From the NCBI GenBank assembly GCA_964484285.1, contig CAZAEO010000006.1, forward strand, positions 1 through 39,035: a DNA stretch of 39,035 bases. Reading direction: 5' to 3'. Numbering within the stretch: the stretch's first letter is position 1; every line of letters starts with the position of its first letter. The notes beneath the pieces were generated by a model, which saw only the letters and a program-made list of their open reading frames with translations, was not told where the DNA came from and did not search any database. Made by a program: the position numbers and the translations under genes. The DNA comes from an uncultured Coxiellaceae bacterium. GTDB lineage: Bacteria; Pseudomonadota; Gammaproteobacteria; DSM-16500. This document shows, piece after piece, positions 1 to 8,084 of this stretch.

Positions 1-13
1 TTCAATACATTAG

Positions 14-48
14 CCCTTCTCGCTACGGTTACAACTGCCGAATTTAGG
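14..48 (+). repeat. Copy A of a short dispersed repeat. The core 27..48, ggttacaactgccgaatttagg, is identical to 24944..24965, and the upstream flank is partially similar.
   Basis: The exact 22-nt match was read directly from the sequence. The upstream ~13 nt (ccttctcgctacgg versus ccttcgcagcagg) are similar but degenerate. It lies in non-coding DNA. Confidence 0.6.
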
Positions 49-215
49 ATAATCACTTTGTAATTTGAATCATAGGTTTTATAAAGATTTTAGTCGCTCA
101 AAAACTAGCGTACAGATGAAACCTCCTAGCGCCTCAACTATACCAATTTAATTTTTAATACAATTAAACACTATCAAGATAAACTCTAACCAAATATTAA
201 ATAACACAAAATATG

Positions 216-238
216 TTATCCACAATTTCTGTGGATAA
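216..238. promoter_or_regulatory. Perfect inverted pair of consensus DnaA boxes (ttatccaca, 5 nt, tgtggataa) inside a 525-bp AT-rich non-coding region.
   Basis: TTATCCACA is the canonical 9-mer DnaA box. Two perfect copies form a 10-bp-arm palindrome, gttatccaca-atttctg-tggataac. Confidence 0.4.
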
Positions 239-525
239 CTCTGTTATTAACCTATAGAAAACCGCCATAAACACTAGTAGATCAAGCTGAAGAGTGAAAA
301 GCCTATAAATTGAACATAAGTAAACATGTCAATTTTTTCAATATGTTACAAAAACACTGGAGGGTTATGATCGAGGCAGCCTTATTTTTTTTAGTACATG
401 TGGTAGAAATTTGTAACTGTGCACAAGTTTTCATATAAGAAGAAACTGACATAAAAAATTTTGTCAAGAGAAAGAAAAAGATTTTTTAAAAAAATATTCG
501 AGGTTATTTTTTTTATATCGGACAG

Positions 526-2436
526 CTACATCAACAGCAATCTATTCATTCGCTGCACAAACAGCGCGGGATCTTTCAACTGGCCGCCTTCAGCTAGCAC
601 TGCTTGATCAAATAAAATATGGACCCATTCCTGAAAATATTTTTCATCTTGCTCCATTTTAAGTTTAGCAATAAGCGCATGTTCGGGATTTAATTCAAAA
701 ATAGGTTTGACTTCAGCAACATCTTGCCCCGCTGCTTTTAATAAACGTTGCAGCTGACTACCCATATCATGCTCATCAACCACTAAACAAGCAGGAGAAC
801 TCGTTAAACGATGTGATAAACGTACATCTTTGACCTGATTGTCTAATATTTTTTTTATTCGCTTGATAAGATCTTCAAATTCGGATTGAAGTTTTTCTTC
901 TTGTTGCACCTGTTCTTTTTGGCCTTCTGAACTTGCGATTTCATCTAAATGAATATCACCTTTAGCCACTGATTGAAAAAGTTTATTGTCAAATTCAGTC
1001 AAATGACCCGTCAACCATTCATCAATGCGATCACTCAGCAATAAAACTTCTACTGATTTCTTGCGAAAAATTTCCAAATGTGGACTTGACTTCGCTGTCG
1101 TAAAATTTTCGGCTGTAATATAATAGATTTTCTTTTGCTCAGGTTTCATTCGTTTGATGTACTCATCTAATGAAACAGTTTGTTCTGGTAAATCTGTATG
1201 CGTAGATGCAAAACGTAACAATTTTGCAATACGCACCCGGTTAGTCAAGTCTTCTGCCGGACCTTCTTTCAGAACATTGCCGAATTGTTGCCAGAATGCG
1301 TTATATTTTTTCGGTTCATCTACAGCTAATTTATCTAACATATCGAGTACGCGCTTCACTAATGCAGCACGTAATTTAGGAATGACTGGATTATCTTGTA
1401 AAATTTCTCGTGAAATATTTAAAGGCAATGCATTCGTATCGACAATCCCATGCACAAATCGTAGATAATACGGCATAAATTGTTCGACCTGATCCATAAT
1501 AAAAACGCGCTGCACGTAAAGCTTCAATCCATGCTGACGTTCACGCTGCCACAAATCAAATGGCGCGTGTACTGGTATATAAAGTAAACTAATATAATCT
1601 AAACTACCTCCCTCAACCTGGTTATGTGTCCATAACATGGGATCTTCAAAATCATGCGCGATGTGTTTGTAATGCTCTTTGTATTGTTCATCCGTGATCG
1701 TATTTTTAGGTAATGTCCAAAGCGCAGTAGCTCGATTAACCACTTCCCATTCTGGTTTGGTAGTTTTATCTGATTCAGCAGAGTCAGGTAATTTATGCAT
1801 AAAAATAGGTAGATTAATATGATCCGAATACTTTGTAATGACAGTACGCAAGCGCCAATCATTCAAAAAATCATCCTCGCCCTCTTTTAAATGCAACACG
1901 ATTTCTGTACCGCGATTCTTTTTTTCTATATTGGCAATCGTGTAATCGCCTGTGCCGTCCGACTCCCAACGTACTCCATGCTCTGCAGTTAATCCAGCAC
2001 GACGAGTTGTGACGGTGACTTTGTCAGCTACAATAAAAGCAGAATAAAATCCCACGCCAAATTGCCCGATCAAATGCGCATCTTTTTTCTGGTCGCCCGT
2101 TAACTTCGCCAGAAAATCGCGTGTTCCTGATTTGGCAATGGTTCCTAAATTTTCAATCACCTCATCGCGACTCATGCCGATACCATTATCATTCACTGTA
2201 ATTGTTCGGGCTGCTGCATCAAAACTCACATGCACGTTGAGTTCAGCATTAGATTCATATAATGCGGTATCCGATAAAGCTTCAAAACGCAGTTTATCTG
2301 CTGCATCTGACGCATTCGAAATCAGTTCGCGTAAAAAAATTTCTTTATTGCTATAAAGTGCATGAACCACTAAATGTAACAATTGTTTTACTTCAGTTTG
2401 AAAATGCAGTGTTTCTTGTTGCGGATGAATTGTCAT
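526..2436 (-). CDS. htpG: Molecular chaperone HtpG (Hsp90 family)
   Basis: 636-aa ORF. The N-terminal Bergerat ATPase fold motifs ([18 protein letters not shown]) and the overall length are typical of bacterial HtpG. Confidence 0.95.
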   Translation of the reverse strand: MTIHPQQETLHFQTEVKQLLHLVVHALYSNKEIFLRELISNASDAADKLRFEALSDTALYESNAELNVHVSFDAAARTITVNDNGIGMSRDEVIENLGTIAKSGTRDFLAKLTGDQKKDAHLIGQFGVGFYSAFIVADKVTVTTRRAGLTAEHGVRWESDGTGDYTIANIEKKNRGTEIVLHLKEGEDDFLNDWRLRTVITKYSDHINLPIFMHKLPDSAESDKTTKPEWEVVNRATALWTLPKNTITDEQYKEHYKHIAHDFEDPMLWTHNQVEGGSLDYISLLYIPVHAPFDLWQRERQHGLKLYVQRVFIMDQVEQFMPYYLRFVHGIVDTNALPLNISREILQDNPVIPKLRAALVKRVLDMLDKLAVDEPKKYNAFWQQFGNVLKEGPAEDLTNRVRIAKLLRFASTHTDLPEQTVSLDEYIKRMKPEQKKIYYITAENFTTAKSSPHLEIFRKKSVEVLLLSDRIDEWLTGHLTEFDNKLFQSVAKGDIHLDEIASSEGQKEQVQQEEKLQSEFEDLIKRIKKILDNQVKDVRLSHRLTSSPACLVVDEHDMGSQLQRLLKAAGQDVAEVKPIFELNPEHALIAKLKMEQDEKYFQEWVHILFDQAVLAEGGQLKDPALFVQRMNRLLLM

Positions 2437-2490
2437 TCATGACTCCTGTTTATACAGCTATCTAATGCTAAATTAATAAACCTTGAAGAA

Positions 2491-2518
2491 ATATATAGGC
2501 AAATAGAATAAATTCAAG
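2491..2518 (-). promoter_or_regulatory. Candidate sigma-32 (heat-shock) promoter for htpG
   Basis: On the minus strand the sequence reads CTTGAAT, a 13-nt spacer, then CCTATATAT. This resembles the sigma-32 consensus CTTGAA-N13-15-CCCCATNT. It sits ~55 nt upstream of the htpG start, and htpG is a classical sigma-32 regulon member. Confidence 0.35.
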
Positions 2519-2606
2519 GAAACGAAATGAGATTATTAATTGAAATAGTCCGGAAAAAAACCTATAATTGGTCTTTAATTAGACAAAAATAAACGGGGAG
2601 GCGGCA

Positions 2607-3275
2607 ATGTTTTCACAAAAACATGATTCTACTGAAAAACTGCTCTCAGCAACAAAAAAGGTAACCTTGGAGCAAGTAACAGAAAAAATCAATAAACTCG
2701 CAGAAATACGCCACGCATTAGATAAATATCATTATTTAATAACGAATATCGATAGCGCAATATCACAATGTCATGCGAATCAACGTATACCGGCATTGTT
2801 TTGGGCTCTTAGCTCATCTTTAGAAACCAGAGGTCAAATTAACACAAACGCAATGGAGCTTTGCCAAATCCTTCAAAAGCTTTCTTATAAAAAATTCAAA
2901 ATTTACTATCATCGAGCAGAACAATTATTAGAGGATTATCGTCATTTTTGTGTTTGGGAAGATGAGCAAGATCGCTTTAAAGAGTTACGCGCTCAATTGT
3001 TACATGCTGGATTAACCGATAACCAAGCAGATGAAAAGACGGCTGAAACAAACACGCCTGAAGGTTATTTTACTCGACTAAAAGAAAAAACGACTGCTCT
3101 CATAAACACAATGAGAAATTATGCAGCTATACAAAGCGAAAAAGATCTGTCATTTGGAAAAACGTTATTTTTATGGGCGGAAAAAATAGAAAAGCGACTT
3201 GATGCGCTTACGCCAATAACGTTGCAGCTACCGCTTATCAGTGTTTTTGCATCACCCCTCTCTCGAGGAATTTGA
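2607..3275 (+). CDS. Hypothetical protein of 222 aa, predicted soluble and largely alpha-helical, with no recognisable domain
   Basis: Clean ORF. It is divergent from htpG, has a GGGGAGG Shine-Dalgarno 6 nt upstream of the ATG, and has lower GC than the backbone genes. Confidence 0.6.
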   Translation: MFSQKHDSTEKLLSATKKVTLEQVTEKINKLAEIRHALDKYHYLITNIDSAISQCHANQRIPALFWALSSSLETRGQINTNAMELCQILQKLSYKKFKIYYHRAEQLLEDYRHFCVWEDEQDRFKELRAQLLHAGLTDNQADEKTAETNTPEGYFTRLKEKTTALINTMRNYAAIQSEKDLSFGKTLFLWAEKIEKRLDALTPITLQLPLISVFASPLSRGI

Positions 3276-3311
3276 AAAGATAAGAATAAAAGTAACTCTG
3301 TGTCACACACG

Positions 3312-3341
3312 GTCATGCTAGTGAGCGTTTACTAGCATGAC
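3312..3341. terminator. Perfect 11-bp-stem hairpin (gtcatgctagt / actagcatgac, 8-nt loop) between convergent genes. It is probably a bidirectional terminator.
   Basis: The inverted repeat was read directly. It is located between the stop of the 2607..3275 gene and the stop of the 3370..3837 gene. Confidence 0.55.
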
Positions 3342-3369
3342 AAACGCGTTAGAGCCTGTTCAATATCTC

Positions 3370-3837
3370 TTAGACAAACGTCTTATGCATATTCATATCT
3401 TTAATATCTGCTTTGACATCACCCATTTTCGGGATGTTAATGGTGACAGTGCCGCCCATTTCAGCAACTGTACCATCTGCATTTAAATGACCCGATAAGT
3501 GTGCAGAATCTGTTTTTAAAATAATCACGCCCTTATCACAACTACCAGATAAATTTAAATCCTCTCTTGGAGGACACACACCTGTTTTTATGTTTAACTT
3601 AACTTGCATAATAAACGAATGCGGATCTGAGAAACCCGCTATCCATGCTGTTCCTGTATATTTACAATTAACAATACCATTTAATGCGATGACAGTGCCG
3701 TACCCAGCCCAAGTGCCCGGCAAGTTATTACAGCTATTTTGGTCTGATAATTGAAAAACAATATCTGCGTGACTTAATGAACTAGATAGCGCAAAACAAG
3801 CCGTTGCAAGAAGAACCACCAGCCCTTTACTTTCCAT
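3370..3837 (-). CDS. Hypothetical secreted protein of 155 aa with an N-terminal signal peptide; the mature part has 4 Cys
   Basis: The N-terminus MESKGLVVLLATACFALSSSLSHA-DIV has an n-h-c organisation with an AxA-like cleavage site. The ORF does not overlap others. Confidence 0.6.
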   Translation of the reverse strand: MESKGLVVLLATACFALSSSLSHADIVFQLSDQNSCNNLPGTWAGYGTVIALNGIVNCKYTGTAWIAGFSDPHSFIMQVKLNIKTGVCPPREDLNLSGSCDKGVIILKTDSAHLSGHLNADGTVAEMGGTVTINIPKMGDVKADIKDMNMHKTFV

Positions 3838-3942
3838 GATTCATTTCCTTATTAACTATGCAACCCAAACTCTCTCATTCCGTCTAGAGAAAGTCAACTT
3901 ATGATATAATTTCCATATAAATTGAGAAGTGTAGGAGTAACG

Positions 3943-4539
3943 ATGCCAAAGGCATATGACAAAATTACAACAATAATGTTATTACCCAAGAGTCACTTTG
4001 TTCAACCACCCAAAGTACCTGAATTGATTCATCTGCATGATCCTGCTTTAAGCATTATGATTAATTTGGAACATAGGCCAGCATCGCATATTTCAGTGGA
4101 TGATCATATTACGGATACCTTACTAGTCGAAAAAGTCGGCAAAGAACATCTCTTGTTTGTGTTAGATGAAGATAACACTATTCTTGGGATTGTAACTGCA
4201 GAAGATATTCATGGTGAAAAACCTTACCAAATCATCCAGGAAAAACGAATCAAACGCCACGAAATCACCGTAAAAATGGTCATGACGCCGTTTGATCGTA
4301 CGTTATGCCTGGAAATGGAATACTTGCGACACGCAAAAGTCAGTAATATCATTGCCACGCTGATTGAATCCAAAGAGCATTACGCCTTAGTTGTTGAAAA
4401 AAATGCAAATAATACCGCTCATGTGGTCAAAGGCTTCTTTTGGGCATCCTTGATTGGCCATGCGTTAGGAAGCGATATCACCGGCACTAAACCTAGCGCC
4501 CAGTCCATTGCAGAACTACAACGCGAATTTCGGTTTTAA
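3943..4539 (+). CDS. CBS-domain pair protein. The start was moved to the ATG that has an AGGAG Shine-Dalgarno; the ORF track begins at a TTG at 3922.
   Basis: Tandem CBS-like motifs (LLFVLDEDNTILGIVTAEDI ... HYALVVEKNANNTAHVVKGFF). The sequence gtAGGAGtaacgATG is upstream of 3943. Confidence 0.65.
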   Translation: MPKAYDKITTIMLLPKSHFVQPPKVPELIHLHDPALSIMINLEHRPASHISVDDHITDTLLVEKVGKEHLLFVLDEDNTILGIVTAEDIHGEKPYQIIQEKRIKRHEITVKMVMTPFDRTLCLEMEYLRHAKVSNIIATLIESKEHYALVVEKNANNTAHVVKGFFWASLIGHALGSDITGTKPSAQSIAELQREFRF

Positions 4540-4571
4540 TAATATACACAAATCGCTATACTTCATCCATT

Positions 4572-7500
4572 ATGTCAGATCCTTCACTGCAGTTAGCCGG
4601 CTTTACCTTTGCGGAACTATTCCGTGCGGAAGGCTTACATCGTCTCGACCAGCAATTTTTGGCTGTTTTGAATCCCGAGCTGCGCGCTCGATTGCTTACT
4701 TATCGCCAGGAACGCACGGCTTTTACTCCTCTTGAGATCAGTGAATTATTACTGGCTTGCGCACCTATTTTAGAAGCTTTTTTAATTGAATTATTTAACA
4801 TTGAAGATGCTGCGCTGCAAATACAGGCAAAAACATTAGCGCATAATCCTATTTCTGCATTTAAAAAATTTTTTGTACTGCGGCGTGCAAAAAAACAAGC
4901 AACTCAAACAACCAACCTCCCCTCTTTTCCTGAACTTGATGCCTGGCTTGCCACAGAATTAGCAAAAGCACCTTTACACACAGAAGATAAAGAGCTGGCG
5001 ATTGCCTTATTAGCTACTCAATATATAGCTGAACCAGAACGTTTTCCTCTTGAAATTGAAAAACTGACTCAATGGTGTGTGCTTGCTATGACAACCCCAA
5101 CAGGGCAAGCCATGATTGCTAATTGGGCCAGCTTTCGTATTCCAGAACGCATTGATTATGCCAACTTAGTAAAACATATGCCGCTTGAACATGATAAATT
5201 AAATCGTCTTTCCGGGCATGAAACAAAATTACGTTTAAGAGATGGCTTTAAATTAACAGATCCACGCATGGACGCACGTACCGTGCAGGATGAAGTAAAT
5301 TACTGCATTTATTGTCACGATCATGAGGGTGATTTTTGTTCGAAAGGATTTCCGGTAAAAAAAAGCGAACCGCTGGCTGGTCTTAAAAAAAATCCGCTTG
5401 ATATCACCATGACCGGTTGTCCGCTCGAAGAAAAAATTTCCGAAATGCATATACTCAAGCGCGATGGACAGGGAATCGCAGCACTTGCCATGGTAATGGT
5501 TGATAATCCGATGTGCCCCGCAACGGGTCATCGCATTTGCAATGACTGTATGAAAGCCTGCATTTATCAAAAGCAGGATCCTGTTAATATTCCACAAATT
5601 GAAACACGTGTTTTAACTGACGTTCTCAGTCTACCCTGGGGTGTGGAAATTTATGATTTATTGACGCGATGGAATCCACTACGTCAACAACAATGGGCAA
5701 TGAAACCTTATAATGGATTGAAAGTCATGATTGCTGGTATGGGCCCAGCAGGATTTACGCTTGCGCATCATCTATTACTAGAAGGGTTTGCTGTCGTCGG
5801 ATTTGATGGCTTGAAAATTGAACCTTTACCTAATCAATTAATCACTGAACCCATTTATCAATTCGATAGTTTAGTAGAATCACTTGACCAACGCTTGATG
5901 GCCGGCTTTGGTGGTGTCGCTGAATATGGCATTACGGTACGCTGGGACAAAAATTTTCTTAAGTTGATTTATCTTAGCTTACTGCGCAAACCTTACTTTC
6001 AAGTATTTGGCAGCACACGTTTTGGCGGCACTATTACAGTTGATGACGCATGGGAAATGGGTTTCGATCATTTTGTTATTGCAGTAGGCGCTGGTTTACC
6101 AAAAGCACTTTCTATCCCAGGCAGTTTGGCACCCGGCATGCGACAAGCCAATGATTTTCTCATGGCATTACAATTAGGTAATGCGGCCAAAACCAACAGC
6201 CTCACAAATCTGCAAGTTTGTCTGCCTGCGGTTATTATTGGTGGTGGTTTAACAGGTGTTGATACTGCTACAGAAGTGCAAGCGTATTACATCACTCAAG
6301 TTGACAAAACACTGGCCCGCTATGAAACACTCGTGGAACAACAAGGTGAAGAAGCTGTTTTAAAGCAACTAGACGCTGCTTCTATTGAAATCTTGGAAGA
6401 ATTTCTTGTTCATGGACGTGCTGTACGCAAAGAACGTGAGCGCGCACAAGCGACGAACGAACAACCTAATTTTATTAAATTGATTCATCAATGGGGCGGA
6501 GTCACTATTGTCTATCGTCGCACTATTCAAGAATCTCCGGCATACATCAATAATCATGAAGAATTACAAAAAGCGTTTGAAGAAGGTATTTATTATCTTG
6601 AAGCCCTCGAACCGGCATCTGTAGACTTAAATCAATTTGGGCATGCCGAAGCACTGGTTTGTCATCGTCGATTGCGTAAAAATTCGGATGAATGGCAAAC
6701 GACCCAAGAAGAAGTTCGACTTCCTGCGCGCGCTATTTTTGTTGCAACAGGCACGCAACCGAATACCGCTTATGAATTCGAACATCGTGGAACTTTTATT
6801 CGCGTAGGTTTGCAATATCAACATTACGAAGATACAGACGGAGAATTGGCTGTAGCACACGGTGTAGCACATTGCAAAGACGCACATTTTGGTCCTTTTA
6901 CCTCCTATCAAAAAAATGATCGTCGTGTCAGTTTAATTGGTGATACCCATCCGGTTTTTCATGGGAATGTCGTTAAAGCAATTGCATCCGGTATGCGCAC
7001 CTACCCCAAAATTTTAACGCTATTAAAAGAAAAATTAGGTCGATCTGGACATGAAGAAGAATATCAAACTTTTGCGAACCATATTGCACATTTATTTAAA
7101 GCAGAAATTGCCCACATACAACGCCGTACTAAAAATGTAGTGGAACTCACTATTCAAGCACCCCTTGCCGCAAAACATTTTCAACCAGGACAATTTTATC
7201 GTTTACAAAATTACGAAACATTTGCGCCACAAATCAATCATACCACTTTACAAATGGAACCACTGGCTCTGATCGCAGCAGAAGTCAATCGCCCATTAGG
7301 TACGCTTAAATTTATTGTGATAGAAAAAGGTGCTAGCGCAAAACTCTGTAAACTATTACAGGTCGGCGAACCTGTTTCACTCATGGGACCAACCGGTGTA
7401 CGCGCAAAAATTGCCAGCAAACATGAAACGGTACTGATTATGGGTAACCAATTAAGTCTGGCGTTGCTGCACACCTATGGCGCAGCATTACGTCATGCAG

Positions 7501-8084
7501 GTAATCGCGTTATTTATGTGGGTCATTTCAAAACAAAAGAAGAAGTGTATTGCCAGGATACAATTGAACAGTCTGCAGATTTGATTATTTGGATCACCGA
7601 GACAGGGGAACCCGTTTCTCCAGTACGTCCAGAAGATTATAGCGTAACCAGCGATGATTGCCTTGCTGTTTTAGTACAGTATGCAACAGGAAAATTGCAT
7701 GCAGAAAAAAATCAACCAGAAATTCCTTTAAGCGATATTGATCGCATTTATTTAATTAGTGACACACATATACTGCGGCGTTTTCAGGAGGCGCGTAACA
7801 CTTATCTAAAAGAATGGTTGGTCAAAAAACCGCGAGTACACGGTTCTGTTTATAGCACTATGCAATGCATGTTAAAAGGTGTTTGCGCGCAATGCTTGCA
7901 ATGGCAAGTTGATCCCAAAACAGGCAAACGTACCAAAGCCGTATTTGCCTGTTCCTGGCCAGACCAACCATTAGAATTAATTGATTTTGATAACATAGAA
8001 GAACGACAAATACAAAATCGTTTACAAGAACATTTAAGTAATCTTTGGGTAGATCATTTGTTAACACGCCTTCCCGAATTGTAA
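4572..8084 (+). CDS. Large multidomain iron-sulfur flavoprotein oxidoreductase. It has an N-terminal ~300-aa domain of unknown function, then Cys clusters plus two Rossmann dinucleotide sites (GltD/NfnB-like), then a C-terminal PyrK/NfnA-like FAD/NAD module with a 2Fe-2S Cys motif.
   Basis: Cys clusters are CIYCHDHEGDFC, CP, and CPATGHRICNDCMKAC. GxGxxG motifs are MIAGMGPAGF and IIGGGLTGVD. The C-terminus reads CMLKGVCAQC...C...PD, as in dihydroorotate dehydrogenase electron-transfer subunits. Confidence 0.75.
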   Translation: MSDPSLQLAGFTFAELFRAEGLHRLDQQFLAVLNPELRARLLTYRQERTAFTPLEISELLLACAPILEAFLIELFNIEDAALQIQAKTLAHNPISAFKKFFVLRRAKKQATQTTNLPSFPELDAWLATELAKAPLHTEDKELAIALLATQYIAEPERFPLEIEKLTQWCVLAMTTPTGQAMIANWASFRIPERIDYANLVKHMPLEHDKLNRLSGHETKLRLRDGFKLTDPRMDARTVQDEVNYCIYCHDHEGDFCSKGFPVKKSEPLAGLKKNPLDITMTGCPLEEKISEMHILKRDGQGIAALAMVMVDNPMCPATGHRICNDCMKACIYQKQDPVNIPQIETRVLTDVLSLPWGVEIYDLLTRWNPLRQQQWAMKPYNGLKVMIAGMGPAGFTLAHHLLLEGFAVVGFDGLKIEPLPNQLITEPIYQFDSLVESLDQRLMAGFGGVAEYGITVRWDKNFLKLIYLSLLRKPYFQVFGSTRFGGTITVDDAWEMGFDHFVIAVGAGLPKALSIPGSLAPGMRQANDFLMALQLGNAAKTNSLTNLQVCLPAVIIGGGLTGVDTATEVQAYYITQVDKTLARYETLVEQQGEEAVLKQLDAASIEILEEFLVHGRAVRKERERAQATNEQPNFIKLIHQWGGVTIVYRRTIQESPAYINNHEELQKAFEEGIYYLEALEPASVDLNQFGHAEALVCHRRLRKNSDEWQTTQEEVRLPARAIFVATGTQPNTAYEFEHRGTFIRVGLQYQHYEDTDGELAVAHGVAHCKDAHFGPFTSYQKNDRRVSLIGDTHPVFHGNVVKAIASGMRTYPKILTLLKEKLGRSGHEEEYQTFANHIAHLFKAEIAHIQRRTKNVVELTIQAPLAAKHFQPGQFYRLQNYETFAPQINHTTLQMEPLALIAAEVNRPLGTLKFIVIEKGASAKLCKLLQVGEPVSLMGPTGVRAKIASKHETVLIMGNQLSLALLHTYGAALRHAGNRVIYVGHFKTKEEVYCQDTIEQSADLIIWITETGEPVSPVRPEDYSVTSDDCLAVLVQYATGKLHAEKNQPEIPLSDIDRIYLISDTHILRRFQEARNTYLKEWLVKKPRVHGSVYSTMQCMLKGVCAQCLQWQVDPKTGKRTKAVFACSWPDQPLELIDFDNIEERQIQNRLQEHLSNLWVDHLLTRLPEL

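Noticed and set aside
1-525. Possible chromosomal replication origin (AT-rich, perfect DnaA boxes)
   Set aside because: Only two DnaA boxes and only two GATC sites are present in 525 bp. No dnaA/dnaN/gidA/rpmH genes are nearby in the window. It is more parsimoniously a regulatory or titration site. It is kept as a finding at moderate interest only.
1154-1468. 104-aa ORF on the strand opposite htpG, and similar antisense ORFs (1599..1862, 2132..2356, 5253..5597, 6369..6911, 7238..7474, 8843..9312, 15435..15677, 16396..16632, 21595..21963, 26052..26333, 29355..29963, 32878..33093, 37089..37726, 38295..38532)
   Set aside because: Each lies entirely inside a well-supported conserved gene on the opposite strand or in another frame. 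They have low-complexity or Cys/Arg-rich translations typical of shadow ORFs.
4508-4735. 75-aa ORF spanning the CBS gene end and the oxidoreductase start
   Set aside because: It overlaps two better-supported genes in a different frame and has no ribosome-binding site.
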